Source: Camelus ferus
Lineage: Eukaryota
Direction: 5' to 3'
Assembly (NCBI RefSeq): GCF_009834535.1
Contig: NC_045697.1
Coordinates: forward strand, 9,302,001-9,366,000
Length of the DNA: 64,000 bases
Each line of letters starts with the position of its first letter. Position 1 is the first letter of the stretch. The translations under genes were made by a program, and so were the position numbers. This document shows, piece after piece, positions 13,314 to 24,808 of this stretch. The notes below the pieces were generated by a model, which was given only the letters and a program-made list of their open reading frames with translations, had not been told where the DNA came from and searched no databases.

Positions 13314-14014
13314 CTCCCTCCATCGGTGCTAAGACGAGTTATATTGGCACTGCTGTGAACCTGACCCTCACCCTGGATTCTTGATTCAGACTGACCTGAA
13401 GCACTTTGAGAAACTTTTGAGGCTGTGCCTTCTCAAAATAAATGAGTCAGGAAAGAATGTGAAAGATTTGTGAGGCTAAGTTGATACTTTTAGACTTAAG
13501 CCTGAAGTAACAGCTAACTGTGGTAAAATTTGGGGAAGAGGAATCATATGTAACATACTGTACTGTTTCAGTAAGATCAATAAGCTATCTGTACCTAAGA
13601 TCAATGGACGTGTGTGTAGGGGGGATGTATGTAAATAAGATAACATTTCTGAAAACCTTGAACAGTGTTAAGACCCTCTGCATGATTCTTTGGCTGCCGT
13701 TAGCACATTTCCGGGTGAGTCATTAGGGAATGGAGAAAAGGAAGCTGGGATGGAATTCTTTACTTTATCTGAACAAATACTTGTCAATAGCATTTTTCTA
13801 GGAGATGATTCATATGTCATAGACTGTCTGAACTGGGAAAGGCTTTAAAAATGAAGTTCCACCCTCAATCATAATTGTGAGATGGGGTTTTTAAATAGCT
13901 CTTCTCTCCTTTTCCTAGGAGTTTACCTACTACATAAACCCAGAGCCCACAATCATTTTCTGATAAGAACCTAGCCCTATAAAACAATTTAAGCATTGCT
14001 CACTGCCCTCTTCC

Positions 14015-14980
14015 ATACATTTATTCACTTAGGTATGCCCCCAGCAAGTATTCATTAAATACCGGTTGACGTCAGGAACAGCTCTGGGCAGGAAAGCTAC
14101 TAAGGTGAGGAAGACAGTCTTTGTCTCCCAGGAGGTTATTGCCTAGCATGGAGATGGACATAAATGCAGACAATTGAAGTCTAGTATGAGAAACTTCTGC
14201 CTGAAAGCAAACTCTGGAATGCTGCCTGATTTTGAAAATAAAATTTCATTGGTACACACCATGTCCATTTGTTTCCATATTGTTTATAGCTGTTCTCAAG
14301 CTACAAAGTCAAAATTGAGTAGCTGTGACAGGGTATAACTTGCAGAGCCCTTTACAGAAAGAGTTTCCTAGCCCCTGCACAGGGGACACAATACCTATTG
14401 CAGAATTAGGGAGAGGGACAGTAAGGCTATGTATTGGTAGCTCTCAAATCCTGCTGGCTACACAGCGGAATCACTTAAAGAGCTTTGAAAGTTGATGCCC
14501 AGTCTTTCCAGAAAGTTTTGAATTCAATGGTAAAGCGGAGCATTTTTTTTTTAACACTCTTAAGGTGATGCAACCTTAGGATGCCAATGTACAACCAGGG
14601 TGGAGAAGGACTCTTCTAGAGGAAGTGACATCTTAACTGACATTAGAGTAGTATGTACCTGGCCAGAAGAAGGGATGAGTATTTTCTGGAAGGAAGGAAG
14701 AGCATTTGTAAAGATCTGGAGCAGAAAGAGTGCATCGCCCATCTGGGAAACTTCAATTAGCTCTATAGATGGGGAGCTGACAGGGAGGAGGTGAGGTCGA
14801 AGAGAACGCAAGTACCAAATCTTGAAAGTTCTTGCATATCCTGTTAGGAGTGTTTGGAGTTTATCTTAAAGAGAAAAGCATGGAAGATATGTAACTAAAA
14901 AGTTGCATGCAGGGGGAGTAGCATGGTAGAATTTGTACCAGAACAAGTCAGCTGCTGTATGGGGTACAGATTGTATGTGT
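14015..14980 (-). mobile_element. L2 relic interrupted by MER58A-like and MER5-like insertions
   Basis: Antisense L2 tail at 14015-14180 continues at 14600-14980 (AGAGGAAGTGACATCTTAACTGA..., GGAGTTTATCTTAAAG). Confidence 0.55.
14181..14377 (+). mobile_element. MER58A-like MITE
   Basis: AAATAAAATTTCATTGGTACACA...TTGAGTAGCTGTGACAG...GCCCTTTACAGAAAGAGTTTCCTAGCCCCTG terminus. Confidence 0.75.
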
Positions 14981-15649
14981 TGGTGGAAAGGCACCATCAC
15001 ATCATGGGGACACTGCAAGGAACTGGCGGCAGGGGAAGAAGTTAGGACGTCAATCTCAGACCCCATTAAGATCCCTGACCATATGCCTGACTCAGGATTT
15101 AGAAAATGGTACTCTGATTCCAACTGTACTGTGTGTAACAGTGATGTTGCCCGGCCATCACTCAGTGGCTTCCTGCCTCAGCTCTCTTTGCCTTTTGATC
15201 AAACAAGTCTCACTCCCTCACTCCATACAAAGCTGCTGGAAGGGGAGTCAACATTCTGGCCACCTTGTCCCTTCCTTTCTCTCTTTGCATGCCCAGAAGT
15301 GCACTTCTGTGCATAGGAGGTGCTGAAGACTGTTGAACGACAAACTCTTCTCCTTCAGTTAAGGAAAGTGACTGGCACAAGACCACCAGGCTACCTGCAG
15401 AGCTTGGAGCAGCACACGTGTCTTGACTCAGGGATTGGGGATATTTCCTAGGTATCCTGGGATGCTGTCTACCTTAGTTGAAACGCAGGTCAAGTGCCAG
15501 CGTTCTGAGCCAGCGTCCGCTGCCTGTACACTGTGTGATCACTGCTGCCACTGACCTGGTGAGAAGTGTGCCTGTGAGGTGGTGCGGTTGCCCGGGACTG
15601 TGCCAACGTCAGCACAGGGTCAAGTGCGCCGGTGCTTAAAGAGGCTCAC

Positions 15650-16300
15650 CTTTCACTGCCGGCAATTTATCAATCATCCCCAGAAAATGCCTTCATTGCT
15701 TTGTTTTTTCTTCTTTCTCTGCTAGCTCTCAGTTTCGGATGCCATCATTTACTTTTGTGTCTAAAGACAAGAGCCCAGCTGAACTCCTTCCTGTCCTGTT
15801 GAGAATTTCACATCTCTCCTTCTACTGGAAACAAATCTAACAGGGTAGTGTTTGACAAATGATTTTACTTATCTCTTACGAGCTCTAATCTCTTGGTTCT
15901 AAAGCTTGTGTGAAGAAAACCAAATTATTCATGCTACTTTCAAAGAAGAGAGCTAGATATCGTTTCTTCTTTTTTTGTTGGGAAGATCTTAAAACACTGT
16001 AAACTTTAGGCTAGCTGGACGGGGACTGAGCAGCCTTTACTCCTGCTGATGCTCACAGCCATTGCTTAATTTAGAGCGATTCAAAAGGCAGGGGGGACGA
16101 TAATGCAGAGTTCATGCTGTTAGGAACCATCGCTCTGCTTGGAGACATATGTAGCCACAGAAGGCAGAACAGATCACAGTAGCTTAAGGCGCTGGAAGAT
16201 AAAAGGGACGGTGTCGCTGATCAGGACCCCAGAGACAGCGGCGGCTGCCCGCACTCAGCCACCAGCTTTCATTGCTGCTGCTGTTCGTTGCCTTTTCTTT
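15650..16300 (-). other. Candidate 5' exon / promoter-proximal exon of an unidentified minus-strand gene
   Basis: Minus-strand donor AAAG|GTGAGC (exon ends 15650); locally retained CpGs at 15480-15665 and 16020-16500; no TE recognised; ATG at 15695 opens MKAFSGMIDKLPAVK up to the donor. 5' boundary unknown. Confidence 0.5.
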
Positions 16301-16378
16301 TTTTCTTTTCCTTTCGTACTTCTTTTCTTCCTTCCTTCCTCCCTCCCTCTCCTTCTTCCTTCCTTCCTTTCCTTTTTA
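16290..16378. repeat. Polypyrimidine (TTCC/TTTC)n tract
   Basis: Directly visible. Confidence 0.85.
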
Positions 16379-17019
16379 AACATTTCCTTAGTAAAATTCA
16401 GGTGGATTTGGGGCAGGAGAAGCAAATGGGGGATGGGAGAAGGCGTTGATTCAAACCTCAGGGATGCAGTTAGCCTTTCGAGTGCACGAGGCGTGAAGCT
16501 AACAGATTCTATTTTTCTCCTTTATTTTAACATAGACAGTCATAAAAATAAAATGCTCCAATGAGTGAGAGACGATACGTAGCTTGCTGGAAAGAATCAA
16601 CTCCCTGAATCTCCAGAAGACCTAGGGGTAAAGACTGATTCTGACCCTTCCTTAACTGTGGATGTTGGACATGCTTTCTGCATCCCAGTAGATACTAATC
16701 CCTAAATTTTGGGATCCCTGAAAGATTAGATAGCATCACAAAGATTAAGTGCCAATGTAGTTATTGGTATAAAAGTGCCATATAAATTTGAGGCACATGG
16801 TTATTACACACATTGTTAGTCTATTTAATTTATGTCAACAAGCAAAAGAAAAAGCACTCTTGTGGACAGAGTATCTGTGGCATAGCAGACACTGCCCTAG
16901 AAACTTAAAAAATACGTGCTCTCTAGTAGTTATGACTCCCTTGTGTGGGTTGTAAGATCATCTCTCTTGGATGGACAGTAGAGCTGGGTCACCAGATCTG
17001 GGTTAGAAGGCTGCACTCA

Positions 17020-17240
17020 TGCTATCCTGGTCCTTGTTCTAAGTGCTTTCGATGTGTTACTTCATTTAATGCCTTCATCAGCCACACAGCGTAAAGACAG
17101 TTATCCTCATTTTACAGATGAAAAGGCTGAGGTGCAGAGGCACGAAGTCCCTTGTCCAGGGTCATATAACTAGTAAGTGAGAAAGTAAGATTAGAAGGCC
17201 GGCAGTCTGACACTAATGCCTGCAGCCTTACCCGTAACGT
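17020..17240 (-). mobile_element. MIR
   Basis: TTATCCTCATTTTACAGATGAAAAGGCTGAGGTGCAGAGG...CTTGTCCAGGGTCATATAACTAGTAAGTG. Confidence 0.85.
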
Positions 17241-18708
17241 CATACGGCAGACGGTCGACTTGGTCACAGCACTTTGTTTCTCGAGCTCATAGATGCTGTC
17301 TTACTTGACACTAACTCACAAGAATATTTCATGAGATACAGTATCATTTTTATTTACTGCATTGTTTCCAAACACAATGAATATATTATTTATTGAAATA
17401 AATTCTGTTGAGAAAAATAGTTCCATTAGCACAGAGATCACTAATTTGCTGCCATTAGTACGTATCACTCTTAAATTAAGGCCATAGCCTGGGTTTGTAT
17501 ACTTATGTAGATGTGTATACCTGTTTATTAATATATATGCGTGGTCCCATGAAGCTGGGCTGCTGCTTAATGATTCTCTCTGCAAGATGAGCAGTCAGAA
17601 GATTTTCCAGTCCAAACTTTAGAAATAATTAAAAAGTAACATTAAATTTTACTGCCATGGGCTTGCATTCACAATCTCCAAAAGTCTCTGAAACGCTAAG
17701 ATCCCAGATAGCTAGAGCTCTCCTCTTTCCAATCTTCTCTTTATACTTTACAAGATCTATTCTGCTTCTTCAGCTGATATCCCCAGCCTTTAATAGTACA
17801 ATTTTTTTTATCCCTTTGAATTCTGTACCCAGGATCCTCATCAATGCAGCAGCTGCTGACGAATCAGCAAAGTAGAAATAAAGCAAAAGCAAGAGATGGT
17901 AAAATTTTGTGAAAATGCAAGGAAATATTTAGCTCTGATGTGTGTATATGTGTGCCTGTGGGTGAATACACACATACGTATATGTGCATAGACTTTATAT
18001 ATGTGTGGAATTTATATACATATAAATGCAAATGTATATACACATACAGTTTAGAATCAGTATTGCTTGTAAGAAGTTAAAAAGATATACATTTGTCACA
18101 AATATTTAATAGTTTAAAAAAAAAGCAAGACTTTATGATATTTAGTATTATATAACCAGAGTGAACTCCTAATTGGTTGAAACTACAATACAGTTTCACC
18201 AATTTTCTCCATCACATCTGGGCTGTTCATCAGTTGGGAAGCTCTGAGGATCATTTCTGTGTGTTTTGCTGACAGGCAAAGCCAACAAAAGGAACAAGCC
18301 TGTCTCCCAGTTTGACGGAAACTTCTGTCCTTTGCCAGCAGTAAGAAGGGAGGCCAGGGCTGTCTAATTGAGAAATCGTGTGTCAGCAAAGGATTATATA
18401 AAGCCAGTGGGACATATTTCACTCTGCCTTTCACTTTTAGCTACCTCTCTCCCTTTTCCTAGAATAGAGTTTCCCCGGGCTTTGAAAGATGCTAATGGGG
18501 CATTAATAGTCCAGGAAGAAATTTGCCCTAGAGAATCACAATGACTTCACTCTGGTGGTGACATCAAACCAAACCATTTAGGAAAAATGGGATTTTAGTT
18601 CCTGTACAGAGAGCTGGATTTGAGAGATAAATAGCAAGTGAAAGTCTCGTGCCATGTGAGATAAAAAAGGAGGACAAGGTTTGGAACTTCTTTGGTTGCT
18701 GAACTCAC

Positions 18709-18807
18709 GTATGGGTCTACCCTAAACTTCTGACATGTGGGATTTGAAGATGGAATTAAATATTTAAGGCAGTCTTCAGCTCTTTCCTCAGGCTCCTCTT
18801 CCACCAG
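18709..18807 (-). other. Candidate 99-nt internal exon
   Basis: Minus strand: pyrimidine-rich tract ending TATTTTACCTCCTAAAG|CTGGTG ... CCATAC|GTGAGT; phase-0 frame open for 33 codons. Confidence 0.4.
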
Positions 18808-19399
18808 CTTTAGGAGGTAAAATATGCCACAGCAAAACAGAAGACAAACAAAACAACACAATCCCCCCACCCCAAACCACCCCTATGTAAATTTAATGCT
18901 GTTATCCACATGCTTATAACCATTTTTTCTAGAAGTCCTTAAGAGCTGATATATATCTATCGGGGCTTTATACTTTAAGAAAACAAAAGCAAAAAAAAGA
19001 AAGTTGGAGAAGGGTTGTTTGATGTCCAAAGTGTGATTCTTTGCACATCATCAGGAAAATCTTTTTTGGAATTCTTAGGACTTTCTGAATTGGACCTTGC
19101 AAACATGGAGAGCTAGTGTGTGCAGCTCTCAGGGCATAATAACAGAGAGTGAGCACTGGTGTACACTGCAGGATCCTTCTCCTTCAATATAAAGTCTAAG
19201 GTGGGAAGGGTGATGAGACAATGACAAAGACTTCAGATCCAAATTCCAGGTCCTACAGAAAGAGAGAAGTATAGTGAGAGAGCAAGAGATAAAGACAGAG
19301 AAAGAACAACTGACTATGCAGTGAGACAGCCATGGATTTGGACCCAAGATGCTACTTCTTCTCTAAGTTTGGCTGTGGGCAGTAGACATGTTGTTGGCC

Positions 19400-19600
19400 A
19401 ACATGAGTTTTGGCATTTCACAGACCATGATACTTGAAATCCCCGGTTAGTGGTGTATAGTTGTGTGATCTTGGTCAAGTTACAGAACATCTCTGAAGTA
19501 CCATTTTTTAAATCTGTTGATCTCAGGGAATCTATGTGAAAATTTAAAAGAATGGTGTTTTATATAATATTTGGCACATAGTAATAGGCACTTATTTTTC
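19400..19600 (+). mobile_element. MIR
   Basis: AGTTGTGTGATCTTGGTCAAGTTACAGAACATCTCTG...TTGGCACATAGTAA. Confidence 0.65.
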
Positions 19601-22569
19601 ATTGCATGAATATTATTAAATCCTTTGATCTTATTCAACAACTCCCATCCTAACACACATGAAAGTATGTGAGACCAAAATTTAACCTTATGTCTATTTG
19701 ACCTTAAAGTTTAAGTTCTTACCGCCTGCAGATGCTAAGTTTGAGCCCCAGAACTAATTTTCACTGTTTGTTTTGCCAGTATCTCAGTCTTGTTGAATCA
19801 CATTGTTTATATGTAAATAAAGATAGCAAGAGGTAAACATGTGTCTTCATTGGGGAATGCTTGATAAATCTGTCAAATTTTATCTTCTAATCCCTCTCTA
19901 TTTTGGTAAGCCTGCATATTGACCATCTTCTTTATGCTAATAGATTTCATTTTAAAACAACAACAAAATAATAATAATAAAATATTTTAAACATACAGAA
20001 AAAGAAAATAACATATCCTTATTTTCTCAGCATCCAGATTGAACATATGAATGGATTCAACAAGTATCAATTGGGAACAAGCTAACTGGGGATATCTAGA
20101 AACCAAATAGACCAATATTCCTGCTCTTGTGGAGTTTGTATTTAACTGACAAATATTAATGTGGTCATATTTACTTTAGATCTTTTTTAAAGGAATGGTC
20201 AGCTACAGATCACACAGCTAGAGTCACCTGTCTGTACTGTGTTCTATCCCCTGAGTCTTTTGACAAGGGTGTGCATCCCCAGCTGATTGATTGATTTAGA
20301 GTGATAGCGTGGGGTCAAGTTCAATCTCCCTCATTGGGCTTGGTCAGCATTCTTCCTTTCACATTGACTTTTGAAGACATGTAAACAACCAGGGGTGCTT
20401 CAAAGGAAGCTCTTAGCGTTCGGGAAATGCCTCGCAGGCATCCTGAGGTCCCCCTCCGGGATTACTCCGTGGGAAGTTGTAAGAACCAAAGGAGAGAACA
20501 CTAATGGGAGACATTATCCATTGTAAAAGATTTCACAAATGCTATTTACCTTACATTTGGCATCTCTTGAATGCCACCCCACATTATCAGGATCATACAA
20601 GTTTCCAGAACCTTATTGTCTTCTCTACTGCAGGGGCCATCTTGACCAACTCTGGGAGGGCTCATCGGCAGTGCCTCCACTGGAGGCCATATCCAGGGAC
20701 TCCTCATACTGCATCTGGCCTCCAATAGAGCATGTTTCTGGGCAGGGCAAAGAATCTGGCATCAATGAAGCTGCCCAAAGTTGTCAGAAGATGCGACCCG
20801 TAAGTGCTAACGGGAGTCAGGGCTGAATTCTCTGAGAGGCAGACTTTACCACTGTGGGCCAGGAAACAGAAGGGAGCTGGCAGATTAATTCCTGTTTGAT
20901 TCCTGGCTCCAGAACAAGTGAGGCACAGGGTTCCTGCATGCCTGTCTGGAAGTGTTCCTTGTACTGAGCTCTGACTGTGTTTCTTCTTGGAGTGGGGACA
21001 GCTGGTATTTGTTTCCTGTCTCACTTTCCTTTCCCCACACTCTGGATGCCCCGTGTTTACGCCTCCTAAATAAAATAGCATGCTAACCACACCTCTTGGC
21101 TTTTTTCTAGGAAATCTGGGCTAACATTCTTCCTCTTCCACTTCCTTTTGTTCATTTCCCTTATTCAAAAGGCCTCCAAAGTAGAAGAGAGTCAATGAAG
21201 ATCTGAAAAGAGCACCAAATATCCTAAAACACCCTCTCTTGCCTGATGATGGTCCCAACTAGCCAGAGTGTCGGAAGGTGCATTTAGTGCATCTGCATCT
21301 GACAGATGAGCAAACAGAGGAATCAAAAGGCAGTGACAAGGAAAGGATGACAGAGGACAAAAACAGCTTCACTCCTTCTTGCTCATATTGTATCAGAAGA
21401 AAGAATTTGTGGCAAATGGGGTTTAATGAATTGAAGAAGTGAAAACCTTTTGTTTTGGGTTCATAATAACATTTTATCTCATTAATGTACTGACTCCTGT
21501 ATATAAATATCCTTAGGGAATACGATTAGAGGATTATGAACTTCGTAATATTTCTGCTGGACCACCCTCCTCTGTGCTTATACGGACCATTATTTTGTTC
21601 TCTATCCTTAAGCTATTCATCATCCCATCTCCCCAGGTCTTTAGAGCTAAGTCTGGCTTTCTCTCCCATCTGACACTGGGCTGAACTAGTAGCCCCAAAC
21701 CTGCTTGAGACTTTGATCTTATTTCTTGGTGACAGGTTCCCCATTACAGTCTGTCCAGGTGGTTCTCAACTCCTTCCATTCTCCTATTCTATCTTACACA
21801 CTTTTGGTCCCTCCAACATTATCCTCTGATCCATCCAGAATGATTTTGTACACTGCTATCAAAGTTGAAGACATTTGTTCCCTTCCAAGAGGGGAAGTTC
21901 TAAAATGATGCACACAGGCATATACGTATGTCATAAGCATTTTAATCGCATGTTTGTTTGCCAGTCTTTTGGTTTAAGGTCAAGGTCTTATCTTTGAACA
22001 TGAATATTGGGATTGGTGTTCTATTTATTCTGTCTTGGAAAAAAACACACCCATAACGACTTGTTTTCCTTTTCTAATTCCCATTTCTTTCAAGTGGAGT
22101 AATATCTTGTACACACTTGCAAATCAATCTGAGAGTAGATTATGTTGGTTTTTGTGATTTTCCCCAAACTTTAGGTTAACTTGCTTGCAGCACATTCAAT
22201 ATGAATGCTTTTAGTTAGTCATCTTTGACAAGTATTTCAAGTGAATTTTCAAAAGAATAATAATTTTCTTTTTATAGCCGTTTATACTAGTTTTGATAAT
22301 ATTCATTGTATGATGTAATTAGCACAGAAGTACAATTGCCATGAATGGTTTAGAAAACAAGCACATATAACTCTTAAGAAATATACAACTCAAGTGATTA
22401 AAGCAAAATAACATACTGTGCTAGACAGTTATCTAATCACCTCTTGAAATCATTGCACCTTGGCTATTAGATACCATGTTTTACAAAAGGAATCAAAACC
22501 TGGGTGTAAAAGTCTTTACTCTACTGTGTTTTGTTCACTTGAATGTCCTCCCAAGCCCTGTTGCTGGGC

Positions 22570-22780
22570 ATCCTCCCCAGTCTCTCAAGTGTCTCTTTTC
22601 TACCAATATGCCCACTGTCTTGACCCACTTCCCTGGGGAGCCTTAACTCCTTGCAGATAAATGAAGATTCACCACAGTCTTTCTAGACTCCAGGCTGACT
22701 ATGACTTTCCAGAGAGCTCAGAGCTACATTTTTCCACAACCCCACCTAAAATGCATAAAGGGTGCCCAACACCGATTCCC
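22570..22780 (+). mobile_element. L2 internal fragment
   Basis: CTTCCCTGGGGAGCC...CTTTCCAGAGAGCTCAGAGCTACATTTTTCCAC...CCACCTAAAATG resembles the L2 body. Confidence 0.4.
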
Positions 22781-24129
22781 ACCAACCGCAGTTGAACCTG
22801 CTGAACGAGGAGTGGAGAAAACACATTTAATTCAGATAAGCACACAGCTCATTCTCCCACCTCCATCCAGTGAGGCAGTTATAACACTGGGCCAGAATTT
22901 TCTCCCATATTTTGTGCGTAAAACATAGTTCTGCCACCAGCTGCTCACCAACATTTTGTTGTCTCCTCAACAGACAACAAAATGACAGAACAGTTCAGCA
23001 GAGGGTGAACTGCCAGCAAAACCAATGAGATATAATTCCATCCAACCAGCCTGTCATTAGGAAGCTGTTTTCTGTTTCTAAAATAAACCCTCTGAAATCA
23101 TTGCATTCCTGTATCTGTGTTTCTACCTAGGAAAGAGAGAGATTCTCCTAACTCACAGGTCCCAGGGTATGTGGAAGGGGACCATGGAAGGGCTTTGTAT
23201 CCACAGGGAGGGCAGCTACCCAGGCTTAGAGAGTGGGGTTTTATGCTTTTCATACTCAGTAGTAAGAGTACTTGGGTGGGATGTACAGGAATATGATCAC
23301 CTGGCCTGGGAACCTATCTTTTGTCACATCAGCTTTATACTTTTTCTTCAGTATTATTCATTTCCTTCTGACCTGACCATACTCTCCATCCGCATTGTCC
23401 CATCTTGAATCTACCCAACCTCCAATCCACATTAAGAAGCTACTGAGTTTAAGATGCTTTATAGGAGGGAAAGGAGGGCTAGGAAAGAGGTGATAATTCA
23501 AGCCAAAACTGGCAGTAGCAACTTCTGCCTTGCAGGGAGGTGGCAAAGTAGTGGGGACACAAATCTTAGCACCTCCTCTTCTTGACAGAGAAAGGAGGGG
23601 CAGATAAAAGGGACAGACATATGGAATTCATGCCAGAACTACTATGCCTCTGAAGGGCAAACCCAGGGCAAGATGGCCCATTATATTACAAGCACAATAA
23701 GGAGAGAAAGAATTAAGCTTCCTGGAGACCACAGGCACTGGAGGGGACAGACAGTGAGATGGAAGGCTGATGTCTTTAACAGACAGTAAACAAAGCCCCA
23801 GGTTTCTGTATAATCCCTCTGGTGTATCTCTAAAAGGTCAGTAAAGTCAGCCATGTACCCACAAACTTTGTTAAGTTAGGATTTGTTGAGTCAGGAGCAG
23901 GTCAAAGAAAAAGGATTGTGTGGAATGTGTTAACATGAAAGGGACAATGAGATCATGGATTGGTAGAACTCATTTAATGGGAGAATAAATGTGACCAGGG
24001 AAGCATTTGCTTCCCCACCCTCACTGCACCCCAGGGAAGTCCCAGCACAGCTGAATGATTGAATCATGTGCAGATGGGTGTCTCATAGCACATGACAATG
24101 GAGTTCAAGCAAATTTCATCTGAATAGTT

Positions 24130-24420
24130 AAGGACTGGGCACTTCACCTGACGTCTATGCATATTCATGAATCCCCACAGGGGTTAGTCAGTCTAATCCT
24201 GCTTGAAGTGTGAGAAGCTGAGACTTTAGAGAAGTTATGTAATTTGCTCAAGGTCACAAAATTCAAAGCAAAGCTATTCTTTTTCTACAGCGCCAAGATT
24301 TATTGCGTACCTAAATATCAAAAATGCTACAGTTTCTTTAATTTATATGATCATTATTACACTATTTGACTAGCTTCATTTTATGAATGAGAAAAAAAGG
24401 TACTCGTGGTTAAGCATTTT
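24130..24420 (-). mobile_element. MIR fragments
   Basis: GAGAAGCTGAGACTTTAGAGAAGTTATGTAATTTGCTCAAGGTCACA; CATTTTATGAATGAGAAAA. Confidence 0.6.
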
Positions 24421-24764
24421 GATAAATGCCATAATTTTTGCTATGATTTTAATCCATTTCCTTTTCATTGGGAAACTCTGCACACCCTGAGATGAGTGAG
24501 ACCTATTGTTCTGTCTGGTGATCTGGGGTTCAGTTCTAGAAAGAGGAACATTTTATGGATAGTCATAAGATTTAAAAATAAAGGAGCCAGGTAAAATGAA
24601 CACTACTCTGAGACACAGGGAAGGAAAATGGGAGCCTTTGATCATCTCCAAAGAAAGTAAGGGACATCAGAGAGAAAACATGACAGAGGACTGCAAATTT
24701 TTTTGAAATTAAAAAAAAAATCACTATTCCATGATTAGAAAGTCTATATGCCTACTTGCAAAAT

Positions 24765-24808
24765 TATATATACATATATGTATATATATGTACACACACA
24801 CACACACA
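24765..24808. repeat. (TA)n/(CA)n microsatellite
   Basis: Directly visible. Confidence 0.85.

Noticed and set aside
16220..16242. RE1/REST-like sequence ATCAGGACCCCAGAGACAGCGGC
   Set aside because: Both half-sites are mismatched and the spacer is non-canonical; too weak to call without ChIP data
16139..16564. 141-aa + strand ORF with a hydrophobic stretch
   Set aside because: Non-ATG start; the F/L/P/S-rich segment is the translation of a TTCC microsatellite
17938..18050. Self-complementary TA/TG/CA-rich stretch
   Set aside because: Alternating purine-pyrimidine low complexity explains the pairing
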